NCBI GenBank assembly: GCA_963744995.1
Contig: CAVUWA010000002.1
Location: 1-64,000, forward strand
Direction: 5' to 3'
Source: Candidatus Eiseniibacteriota bacterium
GTDB taxonomy: Bacteria; Eisenbacteria; RBG-16-71-46
Length of the DNA: 64,000 nucleotides
Positions 42,380 through 51,492 of this stretch are shown piece by piece; position 1 is the first letter of the stretch; each line of letters opens with the position of its first letter. The notes under the pieces were generated by a model, which worked only from the letters and a program-made list of their open reading frames with translations, had not been told where the DNA came from and ran no database searches. A program made the position numbers and the translations under genes.

Positions 42380-42590
42380 GGCCGCAATCCGCGGCGCGGC
42401 AGCGGGTCGCCGCGTCAGATACGGGTCCGATACAGGTCAGCGCCGGACCATTGAACCGGGGCCCCCGGGAGACGAGATTGCACACGGCAGGCATTCTCGC
42501 ACGGCCGGCCTGAAGGGGTCATCATCCGGCCCGTTGCGCCGCGGGGCGTCTGCGACGCCCCGCGCGCCGGGCCAGCGAAGGAGGTCGCTG

Positions 42591-44168
42591 ATGTCGTCCG
42601 CCGTCATATCGCCCGTCGCCGTCCGCACGGCGGACCCCGCCGCCACGCGTGCGGCGCTGCTGCTCACCGGCGCGTTCGTCGTCGTGAAGCTCGCCCTGCA
42701 CCTGTGGGTCGGCGCCGGCTACGGCTGGTTCCGCGACGAGTTGTACTACGTCGCCTGCAGCGATCACCTCGCGTGGGGCTACGTCGACCAGCCGCCGCTC
42801 TCGATCGCGCTGCTCAAAGCGTGGCGGCTCGCGTTCGGCGACTCGCTGGTCGCGATCCGGCTGCTGCCTGCGCTCGCCGGCGCGGCGACGATCGCCGCGA
42901 CCGGCTGGATGGCACGCGCGCTGGGCGGCGGCCTGTTCGCGATGACGCTGGCGATGACGGCGGCGCTGATCGCGCCCGGGGTGCTCGCCGTGACGTTCTT
43001 CTACTCGATGAACGCCTTCGACGTGCTGCTGTGGGCGCTCGCCGGTGCGGTGCTGGTGAAGATCCTGACGGGCGATGGCGGGAGCGCCGCGGCGGACACC
43101 CGGCGCTGGCTCGCCTTCGGCGTGATCGTCGGGCTCGGCATGCTCAACAAGTGGAGCATGATGTGGTTCGCGGGCGGCGTGGGGCTCGGCCTCGTCGCGA
43201 CCCGCGAGCGTGCGCGTCTCGCCACGCGCGGGCCGTGGCTCGCCGCGCTGGTCGCGGCGCTGCTGTTCCTGCCGCACGCCCTGTGGCAGATCGCGAACGG
43301 CTGGCCGACGCTCGAGTTCATTCACAACGCGACCACCGGCAAGATGCTGCCCGTGACGCCGCTCGAGTTCGTCGCCGGGCAGGTGCGCATGATGCATCCG
43401 CTGACGCTGCCGATCTGGCTCGCGGGCCTCGTCCACGTGCTCAGGCGTCCGCGGCTGCGGCCGCTCGGCATCGCGTTTCTCGCGGTGGCGGCGCTGCTGA
43501 TCGCGAACGGCAGGAGCCGCCCGAACTACCTGACGCCGGCCTACGCGGTGCTGTTCGCCGCCGGCGGCGTGGCGCTCGCGCGCACGCTGCTGCCCGCGCG
43601 CCGGCCGCTCGTGCGCGGCCTGGCGCTCGGCGTGCTGCTCGCGGGCGGCGCGGCGGTCGCGCCGCTGGCGCTGCCGCTGCTGCCGGTGGACGCCTACGTC
43701 GCGTACGCGGCGAAGCTGGGCGTCGCGCCGTCGAGCGGCGAGCATCACCGGCTCGGCCGCCTGCCGCAGTTCTTCGCCGACATGAACGGCTGGGACGACT
43801 TCGTGGCGGACGTCGCGCGCGTCTACGACGCGCTGCCGCCGGAAGACCGCGCGCGCGCGGCGATCTTCACCAACAACTACGGCGAAGCGGGCGCGATCGA
43901 CGTGCTGGGCCGCAGGTACGGCCTGCCGCCCGCCTCGAGCGGCCACAACAACTACTGGCTGTGGGGCCCGCACGGCTCGGGCCAGGTGCTGATCGTGATC
44001 GGCGGCCGGAAGGAGAACCACCTGCGCGTCTATTCGAGCGCGGAGCCGGCCGGCCTCACCGACTGCGGCGACTGCCTGCCCGGCGAGAATCACCAGACGA
44101 TCTGGGTGCTGCGCGGTCCCAGGATGTCCGTCGCCGAAGTGTGGCCGCAGCTCAGGCACTACGAGTGA
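42591..44168 (+). CDS. GT-C fold glycosyltransferase (family 39/83, PMT_2-like)
   Basis: AAGGAGG RBS; FRDELYY, WGYVDQPPL, many TMs, NYGEAGA, SGHNNYWLWG. Confidence 0.9.
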   Translation: MSSAVISPVAVRTADPAATRAALLLTGAFVVVKLALHLWVGAGYGWFRDELYYVACSDHLAWGYVDQPPLSIALLKAWRLAFGDSLVAIRLLPALAGAATIAATGWMARALGGGLFAMTLAMTAALIAPGVLAVTFFYSMNAFDVLLWALAGAVLVKILTGDGGSAAADTRRWLAFGVIVGLGMLNKWSMMWFAGGVGLGLVATRERARLATRGPWLAALVAALLFLPHALWQIANGWPTLEFIHNATTGKMLPVTPLEFVAGQVRMMHPLTLPIWLAGLVHVLRRPRLRPLGIAFLAVAALLIANGRSRPNYLTPAYAVLFAAGGVALARTLLPARRPLVRGLALGVLLAGGAAVAPLALPLLPVDAYVAYAAKLGVAPSSGEHHRLGRLPQFFADMNGWDDFVADVARVYDALPPEDRARAAIFTNNYGEAGAIDVLGRRYGLPPASSGHNNYWLWGPHGSGQVLIVIGGRKENHLRVYSSAEPAGLTDCGDCLPGENHQTIWVLRGPRMSVAEVWPQLRHYE

Positions 44169-44217
44169 GCGCAGGGGCGGGCCGTGGCGCGCCGCCCGGT
44201 GGCCCGGCCGGCGCGTC

Positions 44218-44694
44218 CTAGGGACCGGCGCCGGGCCCCTGCGCCGCGAACGGCGCGGCGGGCGTCAGCGCGAGGTCCACGGTCACCGTGTCCACGGTAT
44301 TGGGCGCGCCGAGCGTCACGAGCGTGATCTGGACGACGCCGGTGACGTAGCCGCTCGCCTCGGCGCTCACGATGTAGTCGCCCGCCGGCACCGGCTCGAA
44401 CATGTAGCCGCCGTTCGCGTCGGTGGTCTCGATCAGGATGTCGTGCTGCGCCGCGGCGGGCGCCGGGCGCCGGGCGCCGGCGGGGGCCGGCACGCCGTGC
44501 GTGTCGCGCAGCGTGACGCTGGCGCCGGCGATCACCGCGCCGTTCGTGTCGGCCACCGTGCCCGTCACCGCCGACTTCGGCACCACCATGGGCGGTGCGC
44601 CGACCGGGCTCGTGGCGCGGCCGCATCCGTACAGCGCCAGAACAAAGATCGGAAGGAGCACCAGGCGTGCGGGGCGAAACGAATCGAAGCGCAT
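44218..44694 (-). CDS. Lipoprotein with carboxypeptidase regulatory-like domain
   Basis: Lipobox LYGC; VTGTVADTNGAVIAGASV, TTDANGGY, VPAGDY...ASGY. Confidence 0.8.
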   Translation of the reverse strand: MRFDSFRPARLVLLPIFVLALYGCGRATSPVGAPPMVVPKSAVTGTVADTNGAVIAGASVTLRDTHGVPAPAGARRPAPAAAQHDILIETTDANGGYMFEPVPAGDYIVSAEASGYVTGVVQITLVTLGAPNTVDTVTVDLALTPAAPFAAQGPGAGP

Positions 44695-44943
44695 GAGTTG
44701 GACCACTCTAAACGACGGCAGCGGCGCGGCCAACGTCGTGCAGCGGCCTGTGCGTGTCACGTTTCGCACAATTCCGGCCATCCGGGGGCTTCGCGCCCGC
44801 ACAGGCCTTGCGACTGACGGCCCGATCCCGCAGGCTCGCGAGCACACGCGGTGCCGGTCACACCGCACCCCGCAGTCATGTATGTCACTCGATGCGCGTG
44901 GCCGCGATCGTGACATGAGTCCCTGAACCACGGAGGTTCCCCT

Positions 44944-45375
44944 ATGAAGCGGATCACCCTGCTCCTGACGGCTCTGATGCTGGTGGCGTTTTCGATGCAG
45001 GCCGTCGCCGGCGACGCCGACCACGGCAAGATGGAAAAGAAGTCGGACAAGATGGAGATGAAGGCCGACAAGATGTCGAACGTCACCGGCGAGATCGTGG
45101 ACACCGGCTGCTACATGGAGCACGGCGCGAAGGGCGCGGACCATGCGAGCTGCGCCACGAAGTGCATCGCCGGCGGCATGCCGATGGGCCTGCTCACCGA
45201 CAGCGGCACGCTCTACCTGATCACGATGAATCACGACAATCCCGACGCCTACAACAAGCTCAAGGAAATGGCGGCGAAGAAGGTCGTCGTGACCGGCAAG
45301 ACCAGCGAGCGCAGCGGCATGAAGTCGATCGACGCCATGTCGTTCAAGATGGCCGAACCGAAGAAGGACATGTAG
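44944..45375 (+). CDS. Small secreted Cys/His/Met-rich protein
   Basis: GGAGG RBS, signal peptide, GEIVDTGCY..H....HASCATKCIAGGMP. Confidence 0.85.
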   Translation: MKRITLLLTALMLVAFSMQAVAGDADHGKMEKKSDKMEMKADKMSNVTGEIVDTGCYMEHGAKGADHASCATKCIAGGMPMGLLTDSGTLYLITMNHDNPDAYNKLKEMAAKKVVVTGKTSERSGMKSIDAMSFKMAEPKKDM

Positions 45376-45419
45376 TTCTCCGCCGTGCCCTTGCGGCCGC
45401 CGGCAGGAATGGACACGAT

Positions 45420-45457
45420 GGGAGCGCGCGGATCCGCCGCGCGCTCCCTTCTTCATT
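45420..45457 (+). terminator. Intrinsic terminator-like hairpin
   Basis: GGGAGCGCGCGG-atccg-CCGCGCGCTCCC followed by TTCTTCATT. Confidence 0.65.
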
Positions 45458-45486
45458 GAACTTCGCCCTTCGGTACGGATCGGTCC

Positions 45487-46257
45487 ATGAAACGCGCGCT
45501 GTTCGGTTTGCTGCTGGTCATCGCGCCCGCCGCGATCCTGTTCATCCTCATTCATCCGCGCATCCCGGCCGCCGAGCGCGGGCGCCGGCTCGCCGAGGAA
45601 ACCGGCTGCTTCGCCTGCCACGGCGACGGCGGAACCCACGGCACCTCGAACCCGGGCCGCAGCGACGGCAGCGTCCCCAACTGGAAGGGCGACGTCATGA
45701 TGTTCGCGGACGGGCCGGACGAGATCCGCGAGTGGATCCACGACGGCGTCACCGCGAAGCGCGCGCAGAGCGAGACGTTCCGCAGGGAGCGCGAGGCGGG
45801 CGTGCTGAAGATGCCGGCGTTCGGAAAGCGTCTCGGCCGCCGGCAGATCGACGACCTGGTCGCCTACGTGATGGCGGTCTCGGGCACCGACCGGCCCGCA
45901 GACGGCAGCGACGCGGCGCGCGGACTCGAGCGCGTGCGCGCGCTCGGCTGCAACGGCTGCCACGGCGCGGGCGGCCGCCTGGCGCGGCCGAACCCCGGCT
46001 CGCTCAAGGGCTACGTGCCGGCCTGGAGCGGCGGCGACTTCACCGAGCTGGTGCGCGATCGTGACGAGTTCGGCGAATGGGTGAACGACGGCGTCTCGAA
46101 GCGCTTCCAGGGCAACCCGTTCGCACGTTTCTTCCTCGACCGCGCCGTCCTGCACATGCCGGCCTATCGGGAACACCTGGAACCCGGCGATCTCGACGCG
46201 ATGTGGGCGTACGTCGAGTGGCTGCGCGGCGCCTCGGACGAACCGGCGCAGCGCTGA
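45487..46257 (+). CDS. Membrane-anchored diheme c-type cytochrome
   Basis: CFACH and CNGCH, each with a distal MPA(F/Y). Confidence 0.9.
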   Translation: MKRALFGLLLVIAPAAILFILIHPRIPAAERGRRLAEETGCFACHGDGGTHGTSNPGRSDGSVPNWKGDVMMFADGPDEIREWIHDGVTAKRAQSETFRREREAGVLKMPAFGKRLGRRQIDDLVAYVMAVSGTDRPADGSDAARGLERVRALGCNGCHGAGGRLARPNPGSLKGYVPAWSGGDFTELVRDRDEFGEWVNDGVSKRFQGNPFARFFLDRAVLHMPAYREHLEPGDLDAMWAYVEWLRGASDEPAQR

Positions 46258-46364
46258 CGCGACGACCGGCGCGCGCGCCCGGCGTGCGCCTGCGCGAATT
46301 GAACGCGCCCCGCCGCGGGCGTACCCTTGCAGGCGTCGATTCCGCCTCCTTCCCGAAGGGGATC

Positions 46365-47078
46365 GTGAGATTCGAACCCGCATCGTGCCCTCCGGGCGCA
46401 TGGATGCTGCTCGCCGTCCTCGCCGCGCCGGCACCCGCCGCGCCGGCCGCGGCGGGGGTCTGTCCCGTCTCGCTGGTGGAACTCGGGTCCTACCTTCCCG
46501 GACCGCTCCCGGTGGACGCCATCAGCTACGACTCGACCTATGTGAATGGCGACGGCTCCAGCACCGCCCGCGTGACGTTCGACCGGAACGAGGCCACGCT
46601 CTCGGTGGATGCGGCGTCGAGCGGAGGTCTGACGGCGCGGGTGCGCGTCATCGAGTACATCGATGTCCTCGGCGCGGCGCCGGGCACGCCGGTGAACGCG
46701 ACGCTCGTGCTGGCGCTCGACGGATGGTCGCAGCAGTCGTGCGGCGGCAGCGGCTGCGGCGTGGAGCTCGAGGCCCGGCTGGTCGCGGGGTCGGATTCCG
46801 TCTCGGCGGACGCGACGCAGTTCGGTCCCGGCGGCACGCGCCGTGACCTCGTGACGACGCTCACGCTGCCCGTGACGATCGTGGCGGGAACGCCGCTCGA
46901 GGCGCAGTTCTTCATGGGGTACGGCACCGGCCCGGGCGGCGATGCCGAGGGCAGCCTCTCCGGTCACTACGGCGTGAGCGGGCTCGGCGGCGGTCTGGAT
47001 GCGGTGACGTGCACGGGCACGACGATCACACCGGTGCGTCGCACGACGTGGGGCGCGCTCAAACGCATCTACCACTGA
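46365..47078 (+). CDS. Secreted protein with C-terminal TWGALKRIYH motif
   Basis: Ala-rich signal-like N-terminus (start uncertain); tail TPVRRTTWGALKRIYH. Confidence 0.75.
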   Translation: MRFEPASCPPGAWMLLAVLAAPAPAAPAAAGVCPVSLVELGSYLPGPLPVDAISYDSTYVNGDGSSTARVTFDRNEATLSVDAASSGGLTARVRVIEYIDVLGAAPGTPVNATLVLALDGWSQQSCGGSGCGVELEARLVAGSDSVSADATQFGPGGTRRDLVTTLTLPVTIVAGTPLEAQFFMGYGTGPGGDAEGSLSGHYGVSGLGGGLDAVTCTGTTITPVRRTTWGALKRIYH

Positions 47079-47159
47079 GCGCCGCGCGGCCGGCAACCTC
47101 GATGGCGGTGAGGGCGTAGACTGCCGTACGGCCCGGAACCCCATGGAGGATCGCTGAAG

Positions 47160-48617
47160 ATGCGGATGCTGCGTCTCGCCACGTGCCTCGCTCTGTTCGT
47201 CACTTTCGCGACCCGGCCTGCGGCCGCGGCGGCCGGCGACTCGCTGCAGTCGATCGCCTGTCCCGACCTGCCCGTCACGGGCCACGTCACCTGCTGGACG
47301 CTGAGCGTCGCCGAGAATCCCGCAAAGCCCGCCGGGCGCCGCATCCCGATCCGGATCATGGTGCTCCGTGCGGCGAGCCCGACGCCCGACCCCGATCCGC
47401 TGTTCGTGATCCCCGGCGGCCCGGGGCAGTCGATCATCGCCGAAGCCGGACTCACGAAGTTCTTCGCCGAGCTGTTCGCGCAGGTGCGCGAGACCCGCGA
47501 CGTCGTGTTCGTGGATCAGCGCGGCACCGGCGGATCGAATCCGCTCGAGCTGGACCCGCCGCGCGACAAGTGGTTCGTCGAGCCCGGCACGAACATGCCG
47601 CCGGCATGGGGTCGCGCCGCGCTCGCGCGCCTCGAGCGGAAGGCCGATCTGACGCAGTACACCACCGCGCGCGCGGTGGAAGACCTCGACGCGGTGCGGC
47701 GCGCGCTCGGCTACGAGAAGATCAACCTCTACGGCACCTCGTACGGGACACGCGTCGTCGAGTACTACATCAAGCGCCACGGTTCGCACGTGCGCACGGC
47801 GGTGCTCAAGGCGGTGCTCCCGCCCGGCGGCAACATCGGCCTCGGTTACGGTCGCGGCCCGCAGCGCTCGCTCGAGCTGCTGTTCGCACTGTGCGCGCAC
47901 GACTCCGCCTGCGCGGCGGCGTACCCGCACCTGCGCGCGGATCTGGATTCGGTGCTCACGCGGCTCGAAACGCGGCCGGTGACCCTCGACGTTCCGAATC
48001 CGGGCGGCGAGGGCACGATGCCGTACACGATCACCCGCGGCGCGTTCGCGTTCGGCCTGCGCTCGCTGATGATGAGCGCGTCGGTGTTCCCGCAGCTCCC
48101 GGCGCTCATCGCGCACGCGGCGCGCGGCGACTTCTCGGCCTGGGCGCCGTTCCTCGCCAGGGAGCGCGAGCTGTACGCGACGCGCCTGTTCGGCGGCATG
48201 TCGTTCTCGGTGCTCGCGGCCGAAGACGCGCCGCGGCTCACGGAGGACGCCATCCGCGCGGAGACGCACGACACGCTGATCGGCGACACCGTCGCGCGCG
48301 ACATCGCCGAAATCGGGCGCTTCTGGCCGCGCGGCGCGGCGCCGGCGGATCTGTTCACGCCGCTCGAGACGCTGGTGCCGGTGCTGCTGGTGTCGGGCAT
48401 GCTGGATCCGGCCACGCCGCCGGCGGAGGCCGAGGCGATGCTCACCCATCTGCCGAACGGGGGCCACGTCGTCTACCCGGGCGGCTCGCATTCGGGCGCG
48501 AACTACTCGGGCCTCGACGGCATCCTCACGGACTTCATCCGCTCGGGCAGCGTGGAGCGCCTCGACATCGGCGCCGCCGAGGCCAACCGGCTGCCGCCCT
48601 TCGCGACCGGGCCGTAG
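47160..48617 (+). CDS. Secreted alpha/beta hydrolase (TAP-like peptidase)
   Basis: PGGPG, DQRGTG, GTSYG nucleophile, DPATP, GGSH. Confidence 0.9.
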   Translation: MRMLRLATCLALFVTFATRPAAAAAGDSLQSIACPDLPVTGHVTCWTLSVAENPAKPAGRRIPIRIMVLRAASPTPDPDPLFVIPGGPGQSIIAEAGLTKFFAELFAQVRETRDVVFVDQRGTGGSNPLELDPPRDKWFVEPGTNMPPAWGRAALARLERKADLTQYTTARAVEDLDAVRRALGYEKINLYGTSYGTRVVEYYIKRHGSHVRTAVLKAVLPPGGNIGLGYGRGPQRSLELLFALCAHDSACAAAYPHLRADLDSVLTRLETRPVTLDVPNPGGEGTMPYTITRGAFAFGLRSLMMSASVFPQLPALIAHAARGDFSAWAPFLARERELYATRLFGGMSFSVLAAEDAPRLTEDAIRAETHDTLIGDTVARDIAEIGRFWPRGAAPADLFTPLETLVPVLLVSGMLDPATPPAEAEAMLTHLPNGGHVVYPGGSHSGANYSGLDGILTDFIRSGSVERLDIGAAEANRLPPFATGP

Positions 48618-48871
48618 GCGGCGCCGGCGCGACGCCGGCCTGCGCCCGGCCGCGGCATGGCGGCGGGGCAGGGCGGCGTGACCGCCGCCGGGGCGCGCGG
48701 CGCGCGGCGCCGGTTGCCCGCCCCCAACCACCGTGCTAGCTTCGGGCTTCGCGATTTCCGAAGCCTCCTCCGCGTCCTTCCGCGACGCGCACCGGGGCGC
48801 CCACCCCCTTGCCGGGCGCCCGGGAGCTGCGCGGACCCGCGGCCCCAACTCCCACTGCATGAGAGGTTTCC

Positions 48872-49462
48872 ATGTCCGCTGTCCGCGCCCTGACCCTCGC
48901 CGACGTCGCGCTGCCGCGCGCCGGCACGATGGTGAATCTGCTGCTGATCGTCGGCGCGAGCCTCGTCACCGCGCTCGCCGCCCAGATCGCGATTCCGCTT
49001 CCCTGGTCGCCCGTGCCCATCACCGGGCAGACGTGGGCGGTGCTGCTCACCGGTGCGGTCCTCGGCTGGCGGCGCGCGTTCCTCGCGCAGGCGCTCTACC
49101 TGCTCGAGGGCGCGGCGGGCCTGCCGGTGTTCGCGGGTTTCTCGGCCGGCTGGGTCGTGTTTGCCGGGCCGACGGCCGGCTATCTGATCGCGTTCCCGTT
49201 CGCGGCCGCGCTGACCGGCCTGTTCGCCGAGCGCGGCTGGGACCGGCGCTTCGCCACGACGTTCGCGGCGATGCTGCTCGGCAGCGTCGTGATCTTCGGG
49301 CTCGGCCTCGCGAACCTGTCGCGGTTCCTGCCGGGCGATCAGCTGCTGAACGCCGGCCTCATGCCGTTCGTGCCCGGCGACCTCGTCAAGTCGGCGCTCG
49401 CGGCGCTGCTGTTCCCGGGCGCGTGGCGCTGGGTGCGGCACCATCAGGGCTTCACCGAATGA
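48872..49462 (+). CDS. bioY: Biotin transporter S-component
   Basis: PVPITGQT, GLPVFA, GPTAGYL, PFVPGDLVK. Confidence 0.93.
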   Translation: MSAVRALTLADVALPRAGTMVNLLLIVGASLVTALAAQIAIPLPWSPVPITGQTWAVLLTGAVLGWRRAFLAQALYLLEGAAGLPVFAGFSAGWVVFAGPTAGYLIAFPFAAALTGLFAERGWDRRFATTFAAMLLGSVVIFGLGLANLSRFLPGDQLLNAGLMPFVPGDLVKSALAALLFPGAWRWVRHHQGFTE

Positions 49463-49499
49463 ACGGCGCGGCGCCCCGCGCCGCACGAGCGGAGACGCG

Positions 49500-50387
49500 A
49501 TGACGATCAAGACCATCGGCATCCTCGGCGCCGGCCTCATGGGCCGCGGCATCGCCTACGCGAGCGCGCTTGGCGGTTTCGAGACCGTGCTCCAGGACGT
49601 GAGCGCGGACGCCCTCGACCAGGCGCGGGCGAACATCGAACGGACGCTCGAGAAAGGCGTCGCCGCGGGCAAGGTCACCGCCGAGGCGTCGGCGGCGGCG
49701 AAGCTGCGCCTCAAGACCGCGAGCACGGTGGAAGAAACGGCAGCCGGCGCGCAGATGGTGATCGAAGCGATTCCCGAGAAGATGGACCTCAAGATCGAGG
49801 CGTTCGCGAAGCTGGATCGCGCGGCGCCGAAGGAAGCGATCCTCGCGTCGAACACCTCGTCGCTGTCGATCACCGAGATGGCGGCCGCCACCGAGCGCCC
49901 CGCGCAGGTCGTCGGCATGCACTTCTTCAATCCGGTGCATCGGATGAAGCTGCTCGAAGTGGTGCGCGCGCTGGACACCACCGAGCACACGATCGGCGTC
50001 GCGAGCGCGGTGGGGCAGGCGATGGGCAAGGAATGCGTCGTCGTGCGCGAGTCGCCGGGCTTCGTCACCAGCCGCATCAACGCGATGATCGGCAACGAGG
50101 CGTTCTACATGCTGCAGGAGGGCGTCGCGAGCGCGTCCGACATCGACAAGGCCCTGAAGCTCGGGCTCAACCATCCGATGGGACCGTTCGAGCTGGTGGA
50201 CCTCGTCGGCCTCGACACGCGGCTCTCGATCCTCCGCTTCCTGCACCGGACGCTCGGCGAGAAGTTCCGCCCGTGCCCGCTCATGGAGCAGTACGTCGCA
50301 GCCGGACGGCTCGGCAGGAAGAGCGGCCGCGGGGTCTACGACTACGCCGAGACTTCCGATCCCAGGCCCGCCGGCGCGCGCAGTTGA
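49500..50387 (+). CDS. 3-hydroxyacyl-CoA dehydrogenase (Hbd/PaaH-like)
   Basis: GAGLMG, SNTSS, GMHFFNP, NHPMGP, GRLGRKSG. Confidence 0.95.
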   Translation: MTIKTIGILGAGLMGRGIAYASALGGFETVLQDVSADALDQARANIERTLEKGVAAGKVTAEASAAAKLRLKTASTVEETAAGAQMVIEAIPEKMDLKIEAFAKLDRAAPKEAILASNTSSLSITEMAAATERPAQVVGMHFFNPVHRMKLLEVVRALDTTEHTIGVASAVGQAMGKECVVVRESPGFVTSRINAMIGNEAFYMLQEGVASASDIDKALKLGLNHPMGPFELVDLVGLDTRLSILRFLHRTLGEKFRPCPLMEQYVAAGRLGRKSGRGVYDYAETSDPRPAGARS

Positions 50388-50436
50388 TGCCCGCACCGGC
50401 GCGAGCGCGCCGCGCCGCGGCGCGCAGAAGAGAGCG

Positions 50437-51445
50437 GTGAAGCAGGTGGCGAAGAAAACGGCGAAGCCGAAAGCAGCGCGGAAGCGGACGGCGAAGTCCG
50501 CCTCGCGCAGGGCGGCGAAGAAGAAGGCGGCGCCCAGGCGCGCCGCGAAGTCCGCCTCGCGCAGGGCGGCGAAGAAGAAGGCGGCGCCCAGGCGCGCCGC
50601 GAAGTCCGCCTCGCGCAGGGCGGCGAAGAAGAAGGCGGCGCCCAGGCGCGCCGCGAAGTCCGCCTCGCGCAGGGCGGCGAAGAAGAAGGCGGCGCCCAGG
50701 CGCGCCGCGAAGTCCGCCTCGCGCAGGGCGGCGAAGAAGAAGGCGGCGCCCAGGCGCGCCGCGAAGTCCGCCTCGCGCAGGGCGGCGAAGAAGAAGGCGG
50801 CGCCCAGGCGCGCCGCGAAGATCCGCCTCGCGCAGGGCGGCGCGGCCCGCGTCGCACTCGTCCACGTCGCGGCGCCGCGTGCCGAAGCCGGTGCTCTCCG
50901 GGGCCGCGGTGCGGAACCAGTCGCCGGCCGCGCGCCGCAATCCTGCGCCGTCGGTCTCGTTCCCGCAGCGCGAGGGCGCATCGCTCAAACTCGGCCTGCT
51001 GTTCGACATGGCGCGCGCGCGCACCGCGCTGCTCGCGGCGATCCAGGGCCTGCTCCCGGGCTCTGCCGAGCGGCCGCACGCGGACGGCAAGTGGAACACG
51101 CGCCAGTACGTCCTGCACCTTGCCTACTGGGATCAGGTGTTCGCCGCCGACATCGAGCCCGCGCTGCGCGGCGTGGCGCCCGGATGGGCGGCGAACGAGC
51201 CCGCCGCGGACGACCGACTGAACGCCGCGGCGCTCGAGCAGATGGACCACCTGACCTGGGACGAGGCGCTGCGGCTGCTGCACGGCGCGCGCAAGCATCT
51301 GCTGGCGACGATCGAGGGGCTGCCCGAGGCCGCGGCGATCTGGGAAGAGAACCATCCGCTCGGCGGCATCCTGCGCTCGGTGGCACGGCACGACCGGCAT
51401 CACGCCGACGCGATCAAGCGCTGGCGCATCGAACAGAACGCATGA
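50437..51445 (+). CDS. DinB/YfiT-family protein with N-terminal histone H1-like Lys/Ala/Arg repeat (+1 indel at 50821)
   Basis: Removing the extra A in the 7th repeat copy joins the repeat frame to 50879..51445 (WNTRQYVLHLAYWD...HDRHH); start may be earlier (ATG 50387) if a second indel exists. Confidence 0.75.
50491..50842 (+). repeat. 54-bp tandem repeat, six perfect copies plus a partial seventh
   Basis: gcgaagtccgcctcgcgcagggcggcgaagaagaaggcggcgcccaggcgcgcc at 50491, 50545, 50599, 50653, 50707, 50761; encodes AKSASRRAAKKKAAPRRA. Confidence 0.97.
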
Positions 51446-51492
51446 CCTGCGGCGCGGCGCCCCGGCGCCGTGCCCTTCACGAGGAGAGCGAC

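Noticed and set aside
46316..46331. Additional sigma54-like site before 46365
   Set aside because: GG-N10-GC spacing is present but the -24 box lacks CAC; too weak to call
46360..46385. tRNA T-loop-like string (GGTTCGAATC on the minus strand)
   Set aside because: Flanks do not form a T-stem or cloverleaf
50491..50842. Tandem repeat as a CRISPR array
   Set aside because: Contiguous 54-bp units without spacers, in-frame coding, no cas genes
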